Source: Acidobacteriota bacterium
GTDB lineage: Bacteria; Acidobacteriota; UBA4820; DSQY01
Assembly (NCBI GenBank): GCA_049967655.1
Contig: JBMFSH010000057.1
Span: 1-13,379, forward strand
Reading direction: 5' to 3'
DNA length: 13,379 bases
The stretch's first letter is position 1; each line of letters begins with the position of its first letter. This document shows positions 1 through 6,204 of this stretch, in pieces. The position numbers and the translations under genes were made by a program. Below the pieces are notes generated by a model. That model saw nothing but the letters and a program-made list of their open reading frames with translations. It was not told the DNA's origin and made no database searches.

Positions 1-446
1 CATCGCTACTGCACGGTCCTCCGACTCCCCTGCCCCTTCGGCCTTCACTCCGGTTCCCCTCGCTCCGGCCTACCACCGTTGTCTTCCGGTGGAGAACAGG
101 GGCCTCCCAGGTTGCTGGGCCGTCCTCTTCTTGCGTGCCGCGGCCTCACACCCCGCCGGGTCCGTCGCCCCCTCGCCCTCTTTCCCGGTGGCGGCGCTGC
201 TGCCTTCAGGCTCTTGCATACCCTGGGCACCCGGTATGCGTCATTTTCGGGGCTGTATACCCGCGGCTCACACGCTCGCGGCCCTACGCACCAACGGCCC
301 CGTTACCGGCACCGCTGTAAGGGCTCGCTACCGGTCCGCCGGGCTCAGCTTTGGCCGGGTGGGCTTCGCACCCACTGGACGACTTACCGAATTTCAAGGA
401 GTCTCGCCACCTCCTTTCCCATCGGACCAGCCTATCCTGGCCGCTC
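1..446 (-). mobile_element. Group II intron, 5' portion (domain I, domain II, start of domain III); runs off the left edge, so any RT/maturase ORF and domains V-VI lie outside the window
   Basis: The minus strand reads GAGCG-GCCAGG from 446 (a GUGYG variant). 5' CCAGG (436-440) pairs with CCUGG in the conserved AACCUGGGAGGCCC at the end of DI (100-113). Other landmarks appear in the expected order: GGGUGCGAAGCCCA hairpin, CCGGUAACGG GNRA hairpin, AGCCCCGAAA, Id3 stem-loop followed by GAAGGCAGCA, and GGGGAGUCGGAGG...GUAGCGAUG (DII end/DIII). Confidence 0.88.
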
Positions 447-448
447 CT

Positions 449-462
449 CAAGACCTGACCCC
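449..462. repeat. REP-like motif CAAGACCTGACCCC (GGGGTCAGGTCTTG) forming the 5' exon of the intron
   Basis: The motif lies 2 nt from the intron boundary. I recall it as a dispersed repeat near REP-associated tyrosine transposases, but there is only one copy in this window. Confidence 0.5.
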
Positions 463-481
463 CAATTCTCCCTGGACCCAA

Positions 482-502
482 AGTTGCACTTTAGTTGCAC
501 TT
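482..502. repeat. Direct repeat AGTTGCACTT x2 (11-bp period), candidate integrase arm-type sites
   Basis: Exact 10-bp copies at 482-491 and 493-502, with a related inverted copy TTGCAAC at 552-558. They lie 80-100 bp from a tRNA 3' end. The function is inferred. Confidence 0.55.
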
Positions 503-554
503 GCCCCGAACGGGCTACCGGGGAGGCGGCCTCGTGAGGCCACGGCACTCCTTG

Positions 555-567
555 CAACCACTTGATT
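555..567 (-). promoter_or_regulatory. IHF consensus binding site
   Basis: Minus strand AATCAAGTGGTTG is a perfect match to WATCAANNNNTTR, in an AT-rich patch 13 bp from the tRNA CCA end. Confidence 0.6.
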
Positions 568-580
568 TTACGGTTGTTTT

Positions 581-670
581 TGGCGGAGAGACGGGGATTC
601 GAACCCCGGGAACCCTTTCGAGTTCACACGCTTTCCAAGCGTGCTCCTTCGGCCACTCGGACATCTCTCC
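581..670 (-). tRNA. tRNA-Ser(GGA)
   Basis: Acceptor stem GGAGAGA/TCTCTCC with discriminator G and encoded CCA. Anticodon arm CACGC-TTGGAAA-GCGTG, long variable arm, and T arm CGGGG-TTCGAAT-CCCCG. Confidence 0.98.
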
Positions 671-682
671 GCGCCGCCTCTC

Positions 683-711
683 ATCTTAGGGGATCGGGTG
701 GGCCGGGTCAA
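683..711 (-). promoter_or_regulatory. Sigma70-type promoter of tRNA-Ser
   Basis: TTGACC (711-706), 17-nt spacer, TAAGAT (688-683), ending 12 nt upstream of the mature tRNA 5' end. Confidence 0.75.
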
Positions 712-722
712 CAGGGCCCGCG

Positions 723-2261
723 TCACCGGTTGCGGAGGGCCCCGAGGGAGGTCAGGGCGCCGCTCTCGGCGGCGAGCTCCAACGCCTCCAGGGCCACCGG
801 GTGGATGCCAGCCGCCCCGTCGCCCAGGCACCAGGCAACGGCCTGATCCACCGGGAGCGGGGGACGGCGGTGCTTGGTCCGGGAGCACCGGTCCACCAAT
901 GCTTCCGACAGGGCAAGGAGCCCGCCCGCCAGGGAGAGCTCGCGGAGGCCGCAGGGATACCCGCTCCCGTCGGCCCGCTCGTGGTGCTCCTCCACGAGGC
1001 GGGCGGTCATGGAGAAGCCCATGGCCTCCAAAATCCTCGCGCCGAGAACCACGTGCCGCTGAAAGCGTCGCTCCTCGATGGGAGACAGGGGGCGGGTGCG
1101 ATTGAGCAGGGACCAGGCGATCTTGAGCTTCCCGATGTCGTGCAGAAGGGCCGCCCCTTGCAGGTAGAGCCGGTCCACCTTGCCGTTCCGAGCCGTCGGC
1201 AGAGCCGAAGCGGCTTCACCGAGGACCGTGGAGACGGCGGCCACGGCGCGACCGTGGCCCGGCACGAGATAGACGTCCCTCGATTCCATGTAGTCCACGA
1301 GGGTGAAGAGCCAGGCGCCCTCCTCCGCGAGGCTGGCGAGCACCGCCTCCTCCCGGTATCCGCCGTATCGGCTCTGGTGCTTGCGCGTGAAGATGGCCAG
1401 CAGATCCCGGATGATCACGCGCTCCACGTAGGGATAGCGCCAGGTGCCGAGCATGTCGAGGGCGAAGCCGGCTTGGAGCTGGGCCTCCGAGAGATCCCCC
1501 TGCTCCAGGGCCACCATGGCGAGAAGGCGGTAGAGCCAGGGTTTGTATCTGTCCAAGACGTCGACGGGAAGAGAGCTGTCCGACAGGAGCGCCCGGATCC
1601 GCCGAACGGCCTCGCCCAGCTCCCCGCGCTGCCAAGCCAGCTCGGCCTCGTTGGCCCGAACCAGGGCCTGAGTGCGCGGCGTCGTGGCGCTCCGCCGGCC
1701 GTAATCCAGCCAGGAGGCGGCCTCCCCCACGAGGGAGCATGGGGCGGAGGGATCTCTGTGCAACCGGTCCAGGCACAGGTCGACGAGACCATTGGAGCGA
1801 TAGGACCGGAGGAGCTCCGGTTCCATGCCTTCCCAGTGAACGGTCAGTTCGGGGTCCAGCCCCTCCCAGTGGAGCCCCTTCAGGAAGTCCTTTTCGGCTT
1901 TGCCCCATTCGTCGAGCATCTTGTGGGTGGTGCCGCGCTGGAAGACGAGAGCGGACTGGGCGGGATGGCTCGGCGGGAGGGACCGCGACCAGGCCAGGCC
2001 CCTGCGGTACCACTCCATGGCCTCGTCATGCTCCTCCCAATCGCTCGCGCAGCGGGCGATCCGGGCCGCCGCGTACGCCGCCACGTCGGCGCGCCCGGCC
2101 CGCTGGGCCATGGGGGCGAGGGCCCGCCAGATCTCCTCGGCGGCGCATTCGTCCCCATTCAGGTAGATGAGCTCCGCGCAGCGGAAGGCGTTCTCGAAGT
2201 CTGTGGGAAGGCGACCCCACTCCGCGGCGCCGTCGAGCGCGGCCTGCACCGCCCTTTCCAC
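723..2261 (-). CDS. Helical-repeat (TPR-like) protein with a C-terminal HD-GYP phosphohydrolase domain; start uncertain
   Basis: C-terminal motifs ESRDVY..GH, LLHDIGK, RH...G and HHERADGSGYPCGL. The N-terminal ~320 aa contain TPR-like helices (EAMEWYRRGL, FQRGTTHKMLDEWGKAEKDFLKGL). The frame stays open upstream of the GTG. Confidence 0.8.
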   Translation of the reverse strand: MERAVQAALDGAAEWGRLPTDFENAFRCAELIYLNGDECAAEEIWRALAPMAQRAGRADVAAYAAARIARCASDWEEHDEAMEWYRRGLAWSRSLPPSHPAQSALVFQRGTTHKMLDEWGKAEKDFLKGLHWEGLDPELTVHWEGMEPELLRSYRSNGLVDLCLDRLHRDPSAPCSLVGEAASWLDYGRRSATTPRTQALVRANEAELAWQRGELGEAVRRIRALLSDSSLPVDVLDRYKPWLYRLLAMVALEQGDLSEAQLQAGFALDMLGTWRYPYVERVIIRDLLAIFTRKHQSRYGGYREEAVLASLAEEGAWLFTLVDYMESRDVYLVPGHGRAVAAVSTVLGEAASALPTARNGKVDRLYLQGAALLHDIGKLKIAWSLLNRTRPLSPIEERRFQRHVVLGARILEAMGFSMTARLVEEHHERADGSGYPCGLRELSLAGGLLALSEALVDRCSRTKHRRPPLPVDQAVAWCLGDGAAGIHPVALEALELAAESGALTSLGALRNR

Positions 2262-2450
2262 CCGGCGCCACGCCGAGAAGGGGAGGCTGCGGAAGGGCGG
2301 GCTCTCCAGGGCCAGGGCGAGCAGCTTGTCCAGGGGGGATTGTCTCGGTCTCGGGCTTCTGGCTGTCGTGGGACCCTCCCGGCCATACGGCCCCGCAGGG
2401 ATCCATTGTAAACCGCCCCGGGCCGGCCGGCTACAGCCTTGCCGTCGTGT

Positions 2451-2479
2451 TTGACGGCCTCACCGCCCGCCCCTAGAAT
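2451..2479 (+). promoter_or_regulatory. Sigma70-type promoter of the ccm operon
   Basis: TTGACG (2451-2456), 17-nt spacer, TAGAAT (2474-2479); ATG follows after 7 nt. Confidence 0.8.
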
Positions 2480-2486
2480 GGCTCCC

Positions 2487-3218
2487 ATGGCTGGAGAGGG
2501 CGTGGTCCTTTCGGCGGAGGACTTGGACAAGCGGTTCGGACACTTCAGGGCCCTGTCCGACCTCTCTATCGAGCTGCGCGAGGGCGAGTTGCTCCTCCTG
2601 CTGGGGCCCAACGGGGCGGGGAAAACCACGCTGGGCAAGATCCTGACCACCCTCAGCCGCCCCTCCCGCGGGCGGCTGCTCTTCCGGGGCGAGCCCCTGG
2701 GCGAGAAGAATCGCTCCGGCCTCCGACAGGCCATCGGCTATCTCAGCCACCAGTCGCTCCTCTACGGCCACCTTTCGGCCGATGAGAACCTCTTCTTCTT
2801 CGGCCGGCTCTACGGGATCGGGCGCCTCCAGGAGCGCGTGGCGGAGCTTCTGGGGGAGGTGGAGCTGGAGGAGGCCCGGGGGCGCCTGGTGGTCACCTTT
2901 TCCCGCGGCATGCAGCAGCGCCTCTCCCTGGCGCGGGTGCTGCTCACGGACCCCTCCCTGCTCATCCTGGATGAGCCCTACGCGGGGCTGGATCCCGAGG
3001 GCAGCCGCACGCTCACCCACCTGCTCGCGCGCCTGAAGGCCGCCAACCGCGCCATCCTGCTCGTCACGCACGAGCTGGAGGACTGCCTGCCCATCGCGGA
3101 CCGGCTGGCCATCCTCCACCGCGGCCGCCTGGCCTGGAGCGGGGCAGCCCGGGGGCTGGACCTGGAGGAGGCGCGCCGCCTCTACTTCCAGGCTACGGCG
3201 GAGGAGGCCCGGCCATGA
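2487..3218 (+). CDS. ccmA: Heme ABC exporter ATP-binding protein CcmA
   Basis: Walker A GPNGAGKTT, signature FSRGMQQR, Walker B LLILDEP, H-loop VTH. It overlaps ccmB by ATGA. Start moved to ATG 2487 because the upstream candidate starts lie in or before the promoter. Confidence 0.85.
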   Translation: MAGEGVVLSAEDLDKRFGHFRALSDLSIELREGELLLLLGPNGAGKTTLGKILTTLSRPSRGRLLFRGEPLGEKNRSGLRQAIGYLSHQSLLYGHLSADENLFFFGRLYGIGRLQERVAELLGEVELEEARGRLVVTFSRGMQQRLSLARVLLTDPSLLILDEPYAGLDPEGSRTLTHLLARLKAANRAILLVTHELEDCLPIADRLAILHRGRLAWSGAARGLDLEEARRLYFQATAEEARP

Positions 3219-3889
3219 GGTTCCTCCGGGCCGTGGGACTCATCTTCCTCAAGGACTTCAAGGAGGAGATCCGGCGCAAGGAGAACATCGCCGCCTCCTT
3301 CCTCTTCGCCTTTCTCTCTCTCGTGCTGTTCGCCTTCGCCCTGGACCCGACGCGGGTGGACATGCGCCAGACCGGCAGCGGCCTCCTCTGGCTCATCATC
3401 CTCTTCGCCGGGAGCCTCTTCATGGGGGCCTCCTTCCGGAAGGAGACCGAGACCGGGACCCTCCTCGCCCTGCTCCTCTGCCCGGCGGACCGGAGCGCCA
3501 TCTACCTCGGGAAGTTCCTCGTGAACCTCGTGTTTCTCCTCATCCTGGAGGCGCTCCTGCTGCTCTTCGCCTTTTTCTTCCTGGACTTTCGCGTGGCCGG
3601 CGCCCTGCCCTCCCTGGCGCTGGCGTGGTTCGGCGTCACCGTGGGGTATGCGGCCCTCGGCACCCTCTTCGCGGCGCTCGTGGCCCAGACCCACGGCGGC
3701 CAGGTGATCTATCCCATCCTGCTGTTCCCCGTGCTGGTGCCGCTGCTGATCGCCGCCGCGTCCCTCACCCAGGAGGCCGTCTCCCGTGGCATCAGCCTCC
3801 AGAATCAGTGGTTGCGGCTCGTCCTGCTCTTTGATATCCTCTTTCTTACGGCCTCTACGTTCCTCTTCGAATACGCCGTTGAGGAGTAA
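3215..3889 (+). CDS. ccmB: Heme exporter protein CcmB
   Basis: About 6 hydrophobic segments, with KDFKEE.R at the N-terminus, FRKETETGTL..LLL.P, IYLGK and PILLFPVLVPLLI. It lies between ccmA and ccmC. Confidence 0.9.
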   Translation: MRFLRAVGLIFLKDFKEEIRRKENIAASFLFAFLSLVLFAFALDPTRVDMRQTGSGLLWLIILFAGSLFMGASFRKETETGTLLALLLCPADRSAIYLGKFLVNLVFLLILEALLLLFAFFFLDFRVAGALPSLALAWFGVTVGYAALGTLFAALVAQTHGGQVIYPILLFPVLVPLLIAAASLTQEAVSRGISLQNQWLRLVLLFDILFLTASTFLFEYAVEE

Positions 3890-3891
3890 GC

Positions 3892-4551
3892 ATGACCCTT
3901 CGCCGCTGGACCGTCGCCCTCTGGGCGCTCGCCTTTGTGACCAACGCCGCCGCCCTCGGGCTGATCTTCGGGTACGCCCCCATCGAGCGCCAGATGGGCG
4001 CCGTGCAGAAGATCTTCTACTACCACGTCCCCTCGGCCATCTCGGGCTACGTGCTGCTCTTTTTGGCCTTCCTCTTCAGCATCCTCTTCCTCTGGAAGGA
4101 CGAGCCGCTCTACGACACGCTGGCCTACAGCTCGGCCGAGGTGGGCTGGATCTTCATCACCATCGTGCTGGTGACGGGCCCCATCTGGGGCCGGTCGGCC
4201 TGGGGCAAGTGGTGGGTCTGGGAGCCCCGGCTCACCTCCGCCTTGGTGCTGTGGCTCATGTACAGCGCCTACTTCCTGCTCAGGCTCTTCAGCCGAAACG
4301 ACGCTCGCACGGCGCGCATCGCCGCGGTGGTGGCCATCATCGCCTTCTTCGACGTGCCCATCGTCCACAAGGCCATCAGCTGGTGGGGCTCCATCGTCCA
4401 CCCCGTGAAGGTGACCCTCGAACCAGCCATGCGGAAGACCTTCTTCGTCTCCATGCTGGCGGTCTTCGTGCTGGCCGCGGCCTTCCTGGCCACCCGCATC
4501 GGCGTGGCCCTGGCGGAAGAGGCCAATCTCCAGAGGGAGGGGGGCCGATGA
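3892..4551 (+). CDS. ccmC: Cytochrome c biogenesis heme exporter CcmC
   Basis: Motifs KIFYYHVP, TGPIWGRSAWGKWWVWEPRLT (Trp-rich WWD-like motif) and WWGSIVHP, including both flanking His ligands. Confidence 0.92.
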   Translation: MTLRRWTVALWALAFVTNAAALGLIFGYAPIERQMGAVQKIFYYHVPSAISGYVLLFLAFLFSILFLWKDEPLYDTLAYSSAEVGWIFITIVLVTGPIWGRSAWGKWWVWEPRLTSALVLWLMYSAYFLLRLFSRNDARTARIAAVVAIIAFFDVPIVHKAISWWGSIVHPVKVTLEPAMRKTFFVSMLAVFVLAAAFLATRIGVALAEEANLQREGGR

Positions 4552-4700
4552 GCGCGCTAAGCGCCCTCGGGGCGATTCAGGAGGTGGCCTTCCACACGCC
4601 GGATACCACCGGGTACATGAAGGCCGGCTACATCGCCATCGCCGCCGTCTTCATCCTCTACGGTCTCTACCTGTGGGGACGGGCGCGGCGGGCACGCTGA
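4548..4700 (+). CDS. ccmD: Small single-pass membrane protein, probable CcmD
   Basis: 50 aa, with ATGA overlapping the ccmC stop. One TM segment (YMKAGYIAIAAVFILYGLYLW) is followed by a basic tail (GRARRAR). It occupies the CcmD position and is not listed separately in the ORF track. Confidence 0.65.
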   Translation: MSALSALGAIQEVAFHTPDTTGYMKAGYIAIAAVFILYGLYLWGRARRAR

Positions 4701-4713
4701 GAAGGAGGAGGCC

Positions 4714-5523
4714 ATGCCGGGAGGCGATACCCCCTTCGTGACCCTGCTGACGGACTTCGGCGCCGACGGCCCCTGGGTGGGCGCCATGAAGGCGGTGCTC
4801 TGGTCCATCCAGCCCGAGTTCCGCATCATCGACGTGAGCCACTGTGTGGCCCCTCACGACATCTTCGGCGGCGCCTTCACGCTCTACCGGACCTACAAGG
4901 ACTACCCCTCGTGGACCATTCACCTCTGCGTGGTGGACCCCGGCGTGGGCGGGCCCAGGCGCCCCATCCTGGCCGTCGTCGACGACCACTACTTCGTCGG
5001 CCCCGACAACGGTCTCTTCTCCTTCCTGTACCAGTTCGGGGCGGTCTCGCAAGTCATCGCCATCACGGCCGACCACTACTTCCGGAGGCCCGTGAGCGAG
5101 ACCTTCCACGGGCGGGACGTCTTCGCGCCCATCGCCGGCTGGGTGAGCAAGGGCATCGACCTGACGAGGTTCGGAGAGCCGGTGGAGGACTACGCGAAGA
5201 TCCCCGTTCCCGTGGACCGCATCGTGGGCGAGAGCCTCGTCACGGGCGAGGTGTGCGCCATCGACCGGTTCGGGAACCTCATCACCAACGTCCGGCTGGA
5301 GACCCTGCGCCTCCTCGCCGAACAGTCCGGAAAGCGCCGTTTCAAGGTGCTCATCGCCGGCCAGGAGGCCCCCATAGTGACGGGCGGCTACGGGCAGGAG
5401 CTGCCCCTCTTCGCCCTCGTCAACTCCTCCAACCTGGTGGAGATCGCCTGCAACGGCCGGAGCGCCGCCGAGGCCCTCGGCCTGACCGCGAGGGGCAAGG
5501 AAGTGGGAGTCATGGGGTTCTGA
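4714..5523 (+). CDS. SAM hydrolase / SAM-dependent halogenase family protein (DUF62)
   Basis: Motifs TLLTDFG, HLCVVDPGVG..RR, VGPDNG, SETFHGRDVFAP and IDRFGNLITN. SD AAGGAGG upstream. Confidence 0.92.
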   Translation: MPGGDTPFVTLLTDFGADGPWVGAMKAVLWSIQPEFRIIDVSHCVAPHDIFGGAFTLYRTYKDYPSWTIHLCVVDPGVGGPRRPILAVVDDHYFVGPDNGLFSFLYQFGAVSQVIAITADHYFRRPVSETFHGRDVFAPIAGWVSKGIDLTRFGEPVEDYAKIPVPVDRIVGESLVTGEVCAIDRFGNLITNVRLETLRLLAEQSGKRRFKVLIAGQEAPIVTGGYGQELPLFALVNSSNLVEIACNGRSAAEALGLTARGKEVGVMGF

Positions 5524-5599
5524 CCCGGGCCCGAGAAAGCCCGTGGCCGATGGCCCCTCCCGGCCGGACGCGCTCTCCCCGGAAGGGGGAAAGAGCACC

Positions 5600-6148
5600 C
5601 TATTCGCCGAAGATCTCGCTCCGCCGGGTCACGGGATAGAAGGGGAAGCGGTTCGCCAGGGCTTCCGTCCCTCCCTCCTCGCGGTCCAGCAGCGCCATCA
5701 CCGAGACCACCTCCAGGCCGAACGCCTGGGCCCGCTCGATGGCCTTGATCGTGGAGCCGCCCGTAGTGACCACGTCGTCCACCACGATGACCCTCTGCCC
5801 GGGCTTCACGGGCCCCTCGATCCACTGCATCGTGCCGTGGCCCTTGGCCTCCTTCCGGACGATGAAGGCGTCCAGGGCCGGGCCCTCCGCGTGGCTGAAG
5901 GCGGCCACCGCCGAGACGATGGGGTCGGCGCCCAGCGTCATGCCTCCGATGGCCTCCGCCCGGATGCCCTCCCGGCGGATCACCTCCAGGAAGCACTTGG
6001 CCGTCAGGAAGGCCCCCTCGGCGGTGAGCGTGGTCAGCTTGGAGTCGAAGTAGTACTTGCTGCGCCGGCCCGAGGCCAGCAGGAAATCCCCGATCTTCAG
6101 GGAGCGGGTCTTCAGCAGCTCTTTCAGCCGTTCGCGGTCGTCAGCCAT
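5600..6148 (-). CDS. pyrE: Orotate phosphoribosyltransferase
   Basis: Motifs GDFLLASGRRSKYYFD, GGMTLGADPI, FIVRKEAKGHG and the PRPP-binding VIVVDDVVTTGGS. Confidence 0.95.
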   Translation of the reverse strand: MADDRERLKELLKTRSLKIGDFLLASGRRSKYYFDSKLTTLTAEGAFLTAKCFLEVIRREGIRAEAIGGMTLGADPIVSAVAAFSHAEGPALDAFIVRKEAKGHGTMQWIEGPVKPGQRVIVVDDVVTTGGSTIKAIERAQAFGLEVVSVMALLDREEGGTEALANRFPFYPVTRRSEIFGE

Positions 6149-6156
6149 GTCCTCTC

Positions 6157-6204
6157 CACTTCCTCACTTCCTCACTTCCTCACTTCCTAACTTCCTCACT
6201 TCCC
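6157..6204. repeat. Tandem repeat of the 8-bp unit CACTTCCT x6
   Basis: Four perfect units (6157-6188), then AACTTCCT and CACTTCCC. Confidence 0.95.

Noticed and set aside
45..565. ORFs 79..537, 89..565, 45..230 and others
   Set aside because: They overlap the structured intron RNA, are low-complexity, and show no RT or other motifs.
495..888. ORFs spanning the tRNA (495..689, 562..846, 568..888)
   Set aside because: They are translations of the tRNA-Ser gene and its flanks.
801..2411. 536-aa plus-strand ORF
   Set aside because: It is an antisense shadow of the HD-GYP gene, expected from GC-rich codon bias, and has no motifs.
4714..5523. Calling the DUF62 gene a fluorinase or chlorinase
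   Set aside because: It has the HGRD motif typical of SAM hydroxide adenosyltransferases, and there is no biosynthetic cluster context.
5524..5599. GC-rich hairpins between the convergent DUF62 and pyrE genes as intrinsic terminators
   Set aside because: The stems are short or bulged and no U tract follows on either strand.
6157..6204. Tandem repeat as a CRISPR array
   Set aside because: The units are 8 bp, there are no spacers, and no cas genes are present.
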